Shown here: positions 49,157-63,304 of the stretch, one piece after another
Position numbering within the stretch: the stretch's first letter is position 1
Layout of the letters: every line of letters begins with the position of its first letter
Assembly (NCBI RefSeq): GCF_001194135.2
Contig: NC_068991.1
Coordinates: 1,273,181-1,336,484, forward strand
Length of the DNA stretch: 63,304 nt
Origin: Octopus bimaculoides
Lineage: Eukaryota
Direction of reading: 5' to 3'
Translations under genes and position numbers: made by a program
Notes under the pieces: generated by a model
What the model was told of the DNA's origin: nothing
Database searches by the model: none
What the model saw: only the letters and a program-made list of their open reading frames with translations

Positions 49157-50439
49157 TGTATTTAATATAGTTTAATCATGTATACAAGTATGTTCAGTGT
49201 TTAATGGTCTTGTTTCCTCTATGTTACGCATACTTGTAAATGTTGTAATTTCGATTATAGTATATCCCAACATAATAATATTTAATTATTCCCACGATGC
49301 CTAGTATTTTGAGACTGTTTTTGTTTTCACATCCTTCTCCGACCCCTCCCCCATTCTGGTTGTCTCTATTTCCAGATTTTTTTATCGCTGGTTAATTTTT
49401 CTCTGTTGTAATTGCTTCTTCAGTTGGGAACTTCCTTCCCTCTAGTCTATGCTAACAATATCTGACCGATTATCTTTTTATTTCTTTGTCTGGCTAGAAT
49501 ATGTTTATTCGGTCATTCTTCTTTGCTTTTTTCCTACATGTTTATACCAATTTGTTTTTTCTTAGTGTTTCATAATCTTTGTGTAATTTACCTGTTAGTG
49601 TACTCCTTGTGTATTAGTATCGGGGGGCAAAAAAAACCCACCATGTAGCACATTGTTTCTTCCAAACGTTTACATTTTATGCAATTACTCTATTCTAATT
49701 AATTCGATGAATTTTTTGTGATTTCTAATTAGGATCTAGTGCAATGATCAAGAATCATTCACTCACAGTTTCCATTCCTGCCCTCAGCTAATACTTCGAG
49801 TTTTCTGTAATTCAATTCCGTCAGTTCCCCCCCTCCCCCCATCGCTTTATCATTGCATTCTGTCGATCCGTTTTTAGCTTCCTGCAATTTCTGCTGTTAT
49901 TTCGTCTTTTTCCTTGGAGCTGTTCAAAGCTTCAGCTTCAAAAAGTGCTGAAAGATCTTTATTGCAGCCGACACCACATTAATGATGCCAGTAACAAAAG
50001 CTACAAATATCGACGGCGACTGCATTAAAGAGCGTGCAGCTACAGTCGCAGCGGTTGCAAGAATGGAAGCAGCACCGAGGAAATATCAGATGACTCTAAA
50101 AAGACTTACTCATGGAAACATCCACGACAACATCCATGGAAAGGAAATATCACCTGTCCATCCAGAGGAACAAAATAAATGGTCCTTCTCACTTTCTTAA
50201 CTTCTTATCCCACATGGCCGTATTAAGACGTCTCTTTAGATGCAGTGGCCCCTGATCAACGACCTCGGTTCTCTAGATATAGATGTGATGGCTTTCAGTG
50301 AGACCAGAATTTCCGGGGCACAAGCTTTTATGCAAATTATTTAGCGGCGTTTCTTCCAGTTCTTTGCGTTCTGAGTTCAAATGCTGCCGAGGTTGATTTT
50401 GTCTCATCGTTTCGAAGTACCAGTTGAGAATTTGTCCCT

Positions 50440-50800
50440 TGCACATCTTGTACGAGTTGAAGCGACGATCCTCATTCAGAGCCAGTGTCCTGGTGGCGAC
50501 AGCAACGCCCATCTCTCTCGCCAAAGCCCGCATACCCATACCCGAATCTTCCATCACCTTGTCCTGCAGTTATTAGATGAATTCGGTCGTGCGGACACAG
50601 CCAGAACGCCTGATGTGTCCCTTCCTACGGACCACGGCTTCGTAAACTCCATTGCTGTTGTCTATGCCGCGTCTTACAGCATTTACAGTGTTCACAAAGC
50701 ACTGAGCAGCGGTCGTGATGCTTACATTTTGATACCAGCTGCCAATCCTCACGATCCAAGTAAATCTTTTCCAATATGGCTTCCAGTCCTCAATGACAGC
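50440..50800 (-). mobile_element. maT/DD37D-like transposase N-terminal fragment
   Basis: EDSGMGMRALAREMGVAVATRTLALNEDRRFNSYKMCKGQIL is the HTH region of the same superfamily as 17560-18262. Truncated by a SINE piece. Confidence 0.55.
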
Positions 50801-51002
50801 TAATTTTTCCTCAACTACAATCTTTATCTTTATGCTTTCCAGCGCCGTTGACTATTCATTAATATATCAAACTGTTCCTGAAAAAAAAAAAGGAGACAAA
50901 AAAACTGTCAAACGTCCGAATACACTGTATACACACATATATATGTATATATGTATGTGCATCTCTTTCTCTGTCTGACTGTCTGTCTACACAGACATAC
51001 AG

Positions 51003-51034
<32 letters not shown>

Positions 51035-53087
51035 NNNNNNNNNNNNNNNNNNNNNNNNNNNNNNNNNNCACACAGAGTAATACAGACCTCTGTTTTTTAC
51101 ATGGTATATTATGTTATATTTGAATTGTGGTTTTCCTCACGGTCTTATGGGAGTTGGTGGTACCGAGGATGGTGGTGTGCACAAAGGTGTCTGTGTTTAT
51201 GAGTGGTAATGGGGGTTGATGGTGGCAATGGTTCTGGTGGGGATGTTCGTGGTGTTTTTGTTGTTGGTAGTGGTGTGTAGATGTTGGAAGAGGATGGAAT
51301 AGTTGACCAACCAAACAGTGAGATTATGGTTCGATGTAAGAATTAATGGCTTATCAGGTTTCCAATAATAACAGACGGTCTATATTTTTTCAAGGTGGTG
51401 GTGGCGGTGGCTGTGGTGGCGGTTAGCAGGTGGATGTGGTCATGGTGGTCAGAACGGTGGTGTTTGTGTGGTTGTGGTGTTGGTGGTAGTTGTGGTGGTT
51501 GTGAACTTTGATTGATAAAAATCTACCTTTTCCAGAAACGAATTGATTCGGTTCCCTTAATTCCTGAAATTATATCATCACCAATTCTCCACCTGAACCG
51601 AAATCGTGTGACTTGAGTTAGATTATCTGAGGATCAATTTCATCAAAACATCTTCAATAAAGATGGAAATGCTAAGTTGAGAATTGTCTGGTTGACTGAT
51701 TGGCTATTTTGACATTTGGCAGGAACGATGTAGAATATATCTTTTATCTTTTACTTGTTTTAGTCATTTGATTGCGACCACGCTGGGGCACCGATTTCAC
51801 GAATATTTTCTCGAATGAATCGAACCCAGTATTCTTTTAAAGCCTGTCGGCCACTTTTGAGGGACGGTTGAGTTACAAGGATGTTAACACACTAACACCG
51901 GTTGTCAAGCGGAGGTGATGGACAACAGTGACACAACAACCCCCCGATCCATATATATATATATATATANNNNNNNNNNNNNNNNNNNNNNNNNNNNNNN
52001 NNNNNNNNNNNNNNNNNNNNNNNNNNNNNNNNNNNNNNNNNNNNNNNNNNNNNNNNNNNNNNNNNNNNNNNNNNNNNNNNNNNNNNNNNNNNNNNNNNNN
52101 NNNNNNNNNNNNNNNNNNNNNNNNNNNNNNNNNNNNNNNNNNNNNNNNNNNNNNNNNNNNNNNNNNNNNNNNNNNNNNNNNNNNNNNNNNNNNNNNNNNN
52201 NNNNNNNNNNNNNNNNNNNNNNNNNNNNNNNNNNNNNNNNNNNNNNNNNNNNNNNNNNNNNNNNNNNNNNNNNNNNNNNNNNNNNNNNNNNNNNNNNNNN
52301 NNNNNNNNNNNNNNNNNNNNNNNNNNNNNNNNNNNNNNNNNNNNNNNNNNNNNNNNNNNNNNNNNNNNNNNNNNNNNNNNNNNNNNNNNNNNNNNNNNNN
52401 NNNNNNNNNNNNNNNNNNNNNNNNNNNNNNNNNNNNNNNNNNNNNNNNNNNNNNNNNNNNNNNNNNNNNNNNNNNNNNNNNNNNNNNNNNNNNNNNNNNN
52501 NNNNNNNNNNNNNNNNNNNNNNNNNNNNNNNNNNNNNNNNNNNNNNNNNNNNNNNNNNNNNNNNNNNNNNNNNNNNNNNNNNNNNNNNNNNNNNNNNNNN
52601 NNNNNNNNNNNNNNNNNNNNNNNNNNNNNNNNNNNNNNNNNNNNNNNNNNNNNNNNNNNNNNNNNNNNNNNNNNNNNNNNNNNNNNNNNNNNNNNNNNNN
52701 NNNNNNNNNNNNNNNNNNNNNNNNNNNNNNNNNNNNNNNNNNNNNNNNNNNNNNNNNNNNNNNNNNGGTGGTGGTGGTGGTGGTGGTGGTGGTGACAATA
52801 GTGATAAACATTATAATAATAGTCATATAACAACAACAACAGCGATAACAATAATAGCCGTAAACAACACCAATAAAATTAGTATTGAAAATAGTTATAA
52901 CAAGCTGACAAACAGAAACTGATAAAGAATCGAAGTAAAAAGCGAAAGCAAAATAAAGAAAATAAAAATTATTATAAAAGATAATAGAAAAAAAATTAAG
53001 ATTAAAATATTTATGTACAACCATAAATAGACATTATTTAAAATGTATCTATATACGCAATATATATATATGTATGTATGTGTATAG

Positions 53088-53232
53088 GGCGCAGGAGTGG
53101 CTGTGTGGTAAGTAGCTTGCTTACCAACCACATGGTCCCGGGTTCGGTCCCACTGGGTGCCACCTTGGGCAAGTGTCTTCTACTATAGCCTCGGGCCGAC
53201 CAAAGCCTTGTGAGTGGATTTGGAAGACGGAG
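53088..53232 (+). mobile_element. tRNA-derived SINE, family B (GGAGTGGCTGTGTGGTAAG...GGTTC..TCCC...CCTTGGGCAAGTG)
   Basis: A/B boxes. Related copies at about 40949-41135 (+) and 31520-31685 (-). Confidence 0.75.
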
Positions 53233-54125
53233 CAACCAAAAAAAAAAAAAAAAATGAAAATGTAGGACCAGTAGTAAGCGTTCAGTGAATAGTCAATGCA
53301 GTACAGTGGCTGTGATTCTACGAAAGGGAGCGAGAGTTCAACTACAATAATGGACGGACACAGTCACGCGTTTTGGGGTAACGGGGAGAACTTCAAGGCC
53401 GGGTGAAATAATCACAAGTCGTCTTAGAAACCAACAGTGATGAAATGTTACAAAATTAGTCAACTATGAAAAGAAGGAACGCTGTACAAAATCAATCGCA
53501 ACAGCGTGGGTTACATCCAAAAGAAAAAAGTATAGATTGCAGCCATGCTTGAAGAGTCGTCGATATTGTTAAGTGCAATAAATGTCGCGAAAGAGTCTGT
53601 AACATTCTGACTTGGTCATATGCCATAAACAGGGATATACTCCACGACAGTATAGATTATATAATCCACACACACACACACACACACAGGTAAACAGACG
53701 GATAGATAATATACGTATACATCACACAAGGAACGTATTTAGTAAATAACCTGGATTAAATCGCTCAATCTGTCACAAGAAATCGGAAACCGAAAACTCT
53801 CGAATAAATATATACGGAAACGTAAGAAAAAACGTGATTAAGGAACAACTATCGATATTCAAGTTGACAAACACGTTGACACGTCTACAAATGTTTACGT
53901 TGATTTTACGGATTAGTTTACGATCTGTGATAAATATCAATTCGTGTACAGGGCACCATTTACGATGTGCTTCGGTGACATTAATAAGAGAGGCCAGGTG
54001 CGATTGATGGTTTGAAACGTTGGTTGTTAATTAGATAGGGTCTAGTGTTGTGGCGAGGAGGAAGTTGGATGTTAATCTTTTAAGAGATTCATGCGTCGAC
54101 GGATGTTGAAATTATAAATGAATGG

Positions 54126-54161
<36 letters not shown>

Positions 54162-54484
54162 GCGTGCCTGCATATTCTCATGAGAAGCGAGTGACGTAAT
54201 TATTCGATATAACAGAAGTTTAGGACACAAACAAGTGTAGACATCCACTATGTGTGTATGTGTGTGTGTGTGTGTTTGCGTGTATTGAAAGGATGGTAAT
54301 ATCATGACCAGGCACTATGAATAAAAATATACTGAAGACAGAAAGTCGCAGTAAAATGTAATATTCCACCCCCACACTAATTTCTGTTATTTTCATCTAC
54401 CGACCACAAGAAAGAAATTAGTTTCATAAGATCGTTTGAACAAAATATAAGCTGACTTGGCACTACTCATACATACATACATAC

Positions 54485-54526
<42 letters not shown>

Positions 54527-54758
54527 TAGATACACACGGATGCACGCACACAAACACACACACACGCCCACATAAAATTTCAGAGACTGAAACAAAAATG
54601 GCAACTACTGGCAATTCTTGGTGCCAAAGTCACGCAATACTGACTGCCATTAAAATACTGGATCATTAAACTGCCACCAGTTGCTCGAGTTGGCATCCGA
54701 TATAATAATAATAATAATAATATATACATATATGTACATATATATACGTACATATATA

Positions 54759-56385
54759 TTGGGTCATCCCATAAATAACGCGGTTTTTACAATTGCACAA
54801 ACTAAGTCCGAGGGGGCGGGATAAATTACCTGCATCAATTTGCTATAAAAGCAGGGAGTAATTTTACCTTGTTCTTAGTTTTTGCCTTATTCGGATCTTT
54901 TTTAAAACGGGGGCCACATTTTTCATTAACGAAACACTTTGAAACTTGGAACACTGGTAGAATGTGTCATATAAAACATCTTTTTCTCTTAGTCTTCTTA
55001 AAAAAAAAAGAAATCCATAAGTTATTCCATGTGAAAGTTGTATTTCTGTAATTTCAACCAATCACTGACGTCCATTCAGCCGATATACATTAAGTGCCGA
55101 CTACATAAACAAACGATTCTGAAACAATTAACCCTAACCGTAGGGTTAGGGTTAAAGCAAANNNNNNNNNNAATAAAACGAAGGTATGGAGATTAAATAC
55201 GCTTTACATCGCTTAATCAGCCAAAGGAGTAAATATAAACAACTGAATACTCGTCAGTGATTGGTTGAAATTATCGAAATAAGACAATTTTTTACATGAA
55301 ATAAATTCGAATACAAAAATATTTTTCTGTTCTATAACACAAAATAGATAAGTATACGAAGTTTGAAAGTCTTTCCGTACCAAAAACACTACGTAAAACA
55401 TTAATGAAAAATGTGGCCCCCGTTTTAAAATAGATCCGTTCCCTTATTCTTAGTGCAAGTTTTGAAGAGTGCAGTTCGATTTTAACAGTTATTTTTCAAA
55501 GCTATAATAGAAGTGACAAATGTGCGCATTTTACTTTATGAGTTCAATAAAAACAACAACGCAACGGAAAGTGCGAGGAATATTAATGCAGTGTATGGGG
55601 ATCGGACGATAAGAGTGAGCCAGTGTCAATGGTGGTTCCAGAAATTCCGATCCGGAAACTACAGCGTAGAAGATGACCCTCTTACTGGAAGACCTGTAGA
55701 GCTCGATGAGGACGTCTTGCAAACCCTGGTGGAACAAAATCCCATCGTAACTGTTGAGGAATTAGCAAAGAAGCTTGGATTTGGTCATTCAATACATTCA
55801 TCGACACCCGCATGCCATTAGAAAAGTCAGCAAATTGGGTCAATGGGTCCCTCACAAATTTTCCAAGTCTAATCGCGTGCAGAGGGTGAATGTGTGCTCT
55901 TCTCTGCTGTCACGTCACACGAATGGACCTTTTTTGCACCGAATAGTGAATGGGTTCTCTATAAAAATGTCAAGCGCCGAAGACAGTGGGTAGGGAAAGG
56001 GAGAAACCCATGTAAGGTGTTGTTATCTGTTTGGTGGGATACGAAAGGTTTAGTCTACTTTCAACTTTTAAAGCCAAATCAAACAATAACAAAAGGAAAA
56101 GATACTGCGAGCAGCTTGAGTGGCNNNNNNNNNNTTCAACTTTTAAAGCCAAATCAAACAATAACAAAAGGAAAAGATACTGCGAGCAGCTTGAGTGGCT
56201 TAAATCAGTGCTAGGAGAAAAACGACCATCTTTGGTTTCGAAACGAAAGGTGCTCTTCCATCAGGATAATGCTCGACCACATAGAGCGAGGATGACATTC
56301 CAAAAGCTGGAGCACCTATCGGACATTGCCCTATCTAATTATCATTTATTTTGCATTCTTCAAAATTATTTGGATGGAAAAACTA
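54759..56385 (+). mobile_element. Degenerate mariner element
   Basis: TA-flanked left TIR ttgggtcatcccataaataacgcggttttt. Transposase motifs LLYEFNK..ATESARNINAVYG..WFQKFRSG..GRP..WVPH..KVLLSVWWD..FHQDNARPH..YHLF, with frameshifts. Right TIR not found. Confidence 0.85.
54892..55438. mobile_element. MITE nested in the mariner 5' region
   Basis: About 38-bp TIRs cggatcttttttaaaacgggggccacatttttcattaa / ttaatgaaaaatgtggcccccgttttaaaatagatccg. ccttatt occurs on both flanks (possible TSD, offset by 3 nt). Confidence 0.75.
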
Positions 56386-57238
56386 TTGTACTTGCTCCAT
56401 TCTTCGTCGCCAGTAAAGAAAGAACATATATGATGCATTCCAAGATCTCTGTGTTGCCATGTAAACGGCCGGTTCACGCTATACGAATTGCCTTCATTTA
56501 AAAAATGCTTCCGTTTTCTAAGTTAGTTTTCAAAACAGATTTAAAGTCCATTTGTATTCTAACATTTAACCTAGGGTCATTTTCTTTGGTTCATCCATTT
56601 TTGTACCGAAATTAATTATTCCAGAAGTCTGAAAGAAAGAGACACTGAAAACAAATAAACTAAACAAAGTCTTAATTAAGGAGTTTTGTTCCTTTGGCTG
56701 ATGAACTTTTTGTAATTTGTTAATATTTATTACGTATTTTAATGTCAGCGTTGTTATGGGAACTTTCTTCCTTTGTCTCTATATTAAACGGTATGAATTA
56801 TTTTAGTAAAAGAAGTTGTTTTTAATGATTCGCAAACAAAAATAAATCAACAGCGTTTATGTTTATCTCTTTATCGTTTGTTCGGCTGATTTGAAACCTC
56901 AGCAACAGATGTCGGTCTCAAGAAGTCGACAGACATTTTACAAATGTTTAATGGTGGAAATCTAATTCGATTTTATGAGTTGATAATTTTATGAGGTAAT
57001 TATTGATTGAAAGACGCATAAAACAGAAACGAATGAAGTCGAAATGGAATAAAGTCGGAGTATTTTTGTATTCTTTAGTTGTTTTGTATGTATTTCTTTG
57101 GTTCTTTGGTTCTATGGGCAGTGGTTTTTGTTGTTTGACTCCAGATCAATCCTATTTGCAGAAATGTCGAGTGGTGGCAGCCATATAATCAAATGCAGTT
57201 CCACCCATGACTATTCTGTGTTTATTCAGACTAATTTC

Positions 57239-57400
57239 ATCTTGGAATACATCATACATGTCCTTTCTTTACTGGCGACGAAAAATGGAGCATGTACATC
57301 AATAAGAAGCAGCGTAAGGAATGGCTTAGCCCCGGTAAACAAGTGACACCGCGCCTGAAACAAGATCTTCATCCGCGTAAAACGCTGTTGTGCGTATGGG
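57239..57400 (+). mobile_element. Mariner transposase catalytic fragment
   Basis: TGDEKWSMYINKKQRKEWLSPGKQVTPRLKQDLHPRKTLLCVW. An inverted related copy lies at about 56390-56447. Confidence 0.8.
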
Positions 57401-59346
57401 AAGAAATTATCCATTTTCTTTTTTTTTCTTCTCTTTTTTTATTCCTCTCTTCCTGTTTTCGATTTGACTTTACTAATACATTCCCTACTTTGAGGTCACT
57501 TTAAATAAAACCCTTGATTCAATAACACTGTGTACAGTTGGTCATAAAATAGTGAAGAGAAGAAAGAGATACGATTGAGACGGAAACACCTCGAACTAAT
57601 CACTGATATTGGTTAGAATTTTTCGGCACCATGCCAGCTGTTTCGAGGGAGGGAAAAAGTTGATTATATCCACCCCTGCGATCAACTGGTTCCTATTGTG
57701 TCGTCTCGGAAGAGATGCTAAGCAAAGTCGACCTCGGTGGGATTTGAACTCAGAACATAAAGAAGGACGAAATGCCGATAAGCATTTCCCCCCGTCGTGC
57801 TAAACATTCTGCCAGTTCGCCGCCTTAAATAGATCATTGATGCTAAGAGGGAGACAGTGGGCAAAGAAACGTTGCTTTTGGGGCGGACATAACTGAGGTA
57901 ACTTAATGTGGAATAGAAAATCAGCGCTGCAAAGAATACCTGGAACCTTTGAATCGCAGCATCACATTTTCTACATACATAATGATGAAGGACATATACA
58001 GAGTTAACATTTTCGAGAAAAACGAATCTATTTAAAAACGTAATGGTTTCACACACGATTTTCACTGATTAATTCTGACAAAACAGGAATAAGCTTAGAC
58101 TCATTTTAAATAAAATACACGGATTTTATAATGACTCTGTGTTCGTAGTGTTTGTATGTATGTGTGTGTATGTATGTGTGTGTATGTATGTGTGTGTATG
58201 TATGTGTGTGTATGTACGCACGTATGCATGCATGTATGTATTTATGTATGTGTGTGTGTATGTGCGTATATACGCACGTATGTATGTGTGTATGTATGTA
58301 TGTATATATGCATGCATGCATGTATGTTTTTATGTAGGTATGTATGCATGTACGTGTGTATGTGTGCATGCATGTATGTATGTGTGTATGTATGCATGTA
58401 CGTATATGTTATGTATACATGCACGTATGTGTGTATATATGCATGTTTTCTGTTTTTAATTAAATTCGTCCTCTGAGGAAGGAAGGCATGTATGTATGTA
58501 TGTATGTGTGTGTGTCTATATATGCATGTATGCATAAATATATGTATAATATACAAATATATATATGTATCTATATATAAATAAATGTGTGTTTGTGTGC
58601 ATGTATGTATACACATTTATTTATAAATATGTTTTATAAACTACATATTTTGTATGATACTTTTGGAAGTTAACATAAATAAAACTCTATATTGATTATG
58701 GATTAACTAGGAGACACACCTGTAATTAATCGATACTGGTATATCTTAATTGAAGATATTATGGAACCTCATTAAAAGAGAGAACCAATCAATATTGAGG
58801 AATCGTCGTGTTCTTGTTGCTGTTGTTTTTATCAGGTTATGCTTCTTCTTACCGATTGTCAAAGGCGTTCCTGAAGTGACCATACCCTCTTTCTTTAAAT
58901 CCTTTTCAGTAAATCTTCTTCTTCTTCTAAGCACTCGGCCCTTTAAAAGAGTAATCCCCCATCTCGCTAAACCGTACCCTACCGGCCAACAAGCAGTGCC
59001 CATACATCGTGTGTGGCGGAGAATATTTACAACACTATCGTAGCTTCCAGTTTATATTTGAATTTACTCTTACGTATGCACCGTCGTGTCACACCAGCAA
59101 ATGCTTTTCACACTTTGCATAGAGTCATAAACTAGAATCGCCTCCGACTCGTTTAGATTAGTTGATGCTAATAATCTACAAAAATGGCGAATCATCGATG
59201 CGCATTGCTCTTGAATGGGATTAAGGGTGAGTTGTCTTGCTTGTCTATGAATTTCAAGTGTTTCAACACCCGGCACTTTGAGGGAGTCATTACCACCGCT
59301 CAAACCAACATCGGTTGTCAAACAGACACGAAGACACGCACACATG

Positions 59347-59389
<43 letters not shown>

Positions 59390-60247
59390 NNNNNNNNNNN
59401 NNNNNNNNNNNNNNNNNNNNNNNNNNNNNNNNNNNNNNNNNNNNNNNNNNNNNNNNNNNNNNNNNNNNNNNNNNNNNNNNNNNNNNNNNNNNNNNNNNNN
59501 NNNNNNNNNNNNNNNNNNNNNNNNNNNNNNNNNNNNNNNNNNNNNNNNNNNNNNNNNNNNNNNNNNNNNNNNNNNNNNNNNNNNNNNNNNNNNNNNNNNN
59601 NNNNNNNNNNNNNNNNNNNNNNNNNNNNNNNNNNNNNNNNNNNNNNNNNNNNNNNNNNNNNNNNNNNNNNNNNNNNNNNNNNNNNNNNNNNNNNNNNNNN
59701 NNNNNNNNNNNNNNNNNNNNNNNNNNNNNNNNNNNNNNNNNNNNNNNNNNNNNNNNNNNNNNATATATTATATGCACAGATACAGGCATACACACGCATT
59801 TGTATGCATATGTATGTATATATGTATATATGTATGTATGTATGTATGTATAGAGTATTTGAAAAATAGCGTATAAATATATGTTTTCTTCTCCCCATTA
59901 ATTCATTAAACCAGATTTAACAAGATGAGATGCTAAAGTATGATATCACAGCAATAAAATATCGTACTTTATTTCAATATTACCAATTATCTAGAAGCAT
60001 ACTGTATTTAATAAGAACTTCTCACTTCATTAAGTCCGCCTCATCTCCGTCGATTTTATTGAACTTATCACCATAAACATGTCTACAACTCCGTATTTTG
60101 ATAACTGTTTGAAGTTGCTGTGACCGTCAAATTAGTTATGGATGTAGTCTCAGTCAGACTCTTTATGCATTCGAAATTTGACTCTGCTATCATTATTGAG
60201 TCTTTCCATAAGCAAATGTTTGTTGTTATTTGTAACTTAACAAACGC

Positions 60248-60300
<53 letters not shown>

Positions 60301-60424
60301 NNNNNNNNNNCACACACGCACACAAAACCACTTTAAAATAGGCGAGCATCAACCGAATAAAAGTGTCAGAACAAGTGTAGAATAATAGCAAAGTTAACAA
60401 CAACAACAACAACAATAATAATAT

Positions 60425-60728
60425 TGTAAAGATCAGCTACTCATCAATGCGATGATCTTAGAAGATTGTCACAAACGACACAAAAACTTGTCGATAGCCT
60501 GGGTAGACTATAAAAAAGCTTTTGATAGTCAACCACATAGCTGGATTAAGAAATGTGTGGAAATGTATAAAATACCGCCTACTCTGCTAAATGTTTTGTC
60601 TGGAAGTATGAGATCATGGAGAACCACACTAACTTTGAACAGTGACAATGAATCTCTAAATGCTTGAGATGTAAACATTTCATGTGGCATTTTCCAGGGT
60701 AACACACTATCACCATTCCTCTTTTGTC
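60425..60728 (+). mobile_element. R4/Dong-like reverse transcriptase fragment
   Basis: CKDQLLINAMILEDCHKRHKNLSIAWVDYKKAFDSQPHSWI...GIFQGNTLSPFLF with an internal stop. Preceded by (CAA)n(TAA)n. Confidence 0.75.
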
Positions 60729-62114
60729 CGAAATTAACTGATGTTGTGCGATTATAACTTTTTGGAAAATAGTAGGTCTACAGATGTGTAATTTTGTTTG
60801 TTACCTGTTTAATTTTCGGTGACTGGTGAGTCTATCTTCGTTTTGATTTTCTTTGTTAGTTTTCCGAGGTGGGATTTTACTCTCCCTTTTCACCTATTTT
60901 TGTTCTTTAATACCGTGTAATTTTATTTTTTTGTAATTATCCTCTTTCTTCTTTCTACGTTTACTCTGACTGTAGGTTTTCAGCTGCAATAATTATTTCT
61001 TCCTCATGGCTCGATGAAATTATGATATTGCAGATTAGTAACCGTTAAGGGACGAAGTATTTTCCCATCTATTTCTAGCAGTGAGTATAACATTATTCCG
61101 CTTGCTATCCCCATACTTTTGGCTGATAGTGCTTTGGAAACACAAACAATACGATACAATATACGTGGTACAACACATATTCTACATTCGCCATTATTAT
61201 ACGTAAGTTGTCCATAAAAACTAACTGGCAAAGGAGACTACGACGGGATTTAACCACAAAATTTAAATGATTGTAACTCAGTACCGCAAATCATTAAGTT
61301 TTTTGCTTTATGAGTTCCTCATATTACCATTCCACTCATGACCCTTGTAATAGTAATAATTTCTAAGATAATTCTACCACAAGCACAACACGACAAAATC
61401 AGTCCCATTGGCACCAGTAATTAACTGATATCTAAGCGATCGACGTCATCTATAATTGTTGTGGTCCGGCATATCATTCAGAAGAACATAAAGATTTTCT
61501 GTCGTGGCTTTCTTTTATATTTTATTGTTATCGTAAATGACTTTCTAAACCGACGTTGAAATGTGCAGATTATATACAATCAATTATATTTGATTTATAT
61601 ATTAACACTTTCTGAGTTTTACAACTTTAACACAACCTGACATTTAATTCAAATATCGATAAATCATTGAATATTTCTTTTTTATATTTTTAAAAATATT
61701 TCCTCGAAAAATATCAAAATTGTTATTAATTATATTTTCGAATATCCCTAGACACATATGTATATTTATCTATGTGCATACGTACATTCTTATGTATACA
61801 AGCATACAAATATACACACACTTATATGTATGTATGTATGTATATGTAAGAACATATATATGATATTAGCGTCATATATATATGACGCTAATATATATTA
61901 GCGTCCAAAATCAACGTACAATTCAACGGTATTTACACTGGTTCACAATTTTTCTTATTTCCTAACAAAAAGACGTAATGTAAGACTATTTTTCATCTTC
62001 TTCAGTAAACACACACACACACACATATGTAGAGATACATACACACATATATATATATATATATATATAGACTACCATATAATATAATATATAATATAAT
62101 ATATAATGCATTAT

Positions 62115-62208
<94 letters not shown>

Positions 62209-62254
62209 AAGTCATAAGAATTTATAAACATCCCAGAGAGCTACTATAATTCTG

Positions 62255-62424
62255 TTTTGGAACTGGATCTCGAAGTGCATATAGGGCCATAAATTATAAG
62301 TGTAAATATTGGGTTGAAAACCCAATTTCGCACAGGAAAATTCGAAGTCTGCCGTGGGGACTCGAACTTACATCTCCATTAGACATTTATAGCTTTATAT
62401 ATACTTCGAGATTCAGTTCCAAAA
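62255..62424. repeat. Short inverted-repeat-bounded element (MITE-like)
   Basis: ttttggaactggatctcgaagtgcatata and its near reverse complement (26/29 matches) about 110 bp away. Confidence 0.45.
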
Positions 62425-63304
62425 ATGTATTATTTTACTCTCTTTCGTAAGTTTATAAATTCTTGTGATGTCATCTACATACGATTCTCGTTGGGAAGAA
62501 TGAAGTTTTTAAAATAGAGAAATTCAAATGATTTCTTTAGTCCAATGGTAGAACAGCTGTTATGTTTACAAGAGATGTAGGTTCATGTTCTAGGGGCTGC
62601 CCTCGATATATATATTTTTTTAAATCAAAAAATGGGTCTTTTCACCTCATTATTTGCATGATATTATCTATAGTTTTAAATGCACTTCGAGATCCATCTC
62701 CATAACAGAATCATATATGTCCACATACCAATATACATCTGTATTCAATGCGTTCCCTTCTATAGTTCGAAATAAGCGTCCAGAAAGAGACATGGAATCA
62801 TTTTTCGAAATGTTCTCCATTGATATCTTGAAAACGCAATGTATACATAACAAAGCAAGTCGGAAGATTGTTCATACGTTAATTCATTATATCCTTACTC
62901 GCATTTCCTTACATTACGATCAGATTGCGTCATCAAATCATCAGAGTTTATATAATGAACGAAACATTGGCCTTACAAACATCCGACAGAGACATCATTT
63001 ATGTCGTCATTATGTTAAGAAAAATTGATTAAAACAAGAGAGTGGCTTAGGAGAAGAGAATATTGCTTAAGACGGCATGCAGTCTGTAAGGTGGCTGCCA
63101 AAATATAGCTACCTACTCTAATATTTTTTTTCTTATATTATCCCACCAGAACTACGTAATTCAAAATTACCCATACAGATGCACCGTATGTATGTATGTA
63201 TGTATGTATGTATGTATGTATGTATGTATGTATGTATGCATGCATGCATGCATATATATATATATATATTCTACTGTGTCTGGGGAGAGACATTTTGTGC
63301 CTTA

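Noticed and set aside
56061-56199. Apparent 65-bp tandem duplication inside the mariner transposase
   Set aside because: The two identical copies flank a 10-N gap, which is typical of an unmerged contig overlap.

Overview
Eukaryotic, intron-rich, microsatellite- and gap-rich genomic window. The SINE families and repeat landscape suggest a coleoid cephalopod (Octopus-like); this is inferred, not verified. Three multi-exon genes could be spliced by hand with GT-AG junctions and consistent phases. (1) + strand 7031-20056: 9 coding exons, 587 aa, with a signal peptide, two tandem PEBP/RKIP-like domains and a terminal hydrophobic (GPI-like) tail. (2) - strand 35783-23759: mitochondrial thioredoxin reductase TXNRD2, 17 coding exons, 524 aa. 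It has an in-frame UGA (Sec) in an atypical A-C-U-G terminus and a textbook type-2 SECIS about 1.45 kb downstream. (3) + strand 36298-44822: RAD51D, 9 coding exons, 319 aa, head-to-head with TXNRD2 (514 bp between the ATGs). An orphan exon (46722-46519, - strand) hints at a fourth, unidentified gene. The rest is decayed mobile DNA: Penelope-like, R4/Dong-like, RTE, mariner (including a fold-back element with two 5' ends), maT/DD37D, hAT MITE and several SINE families. All calls were made by eye without database searches; comparisons to human proteins are from memory and need alignment.
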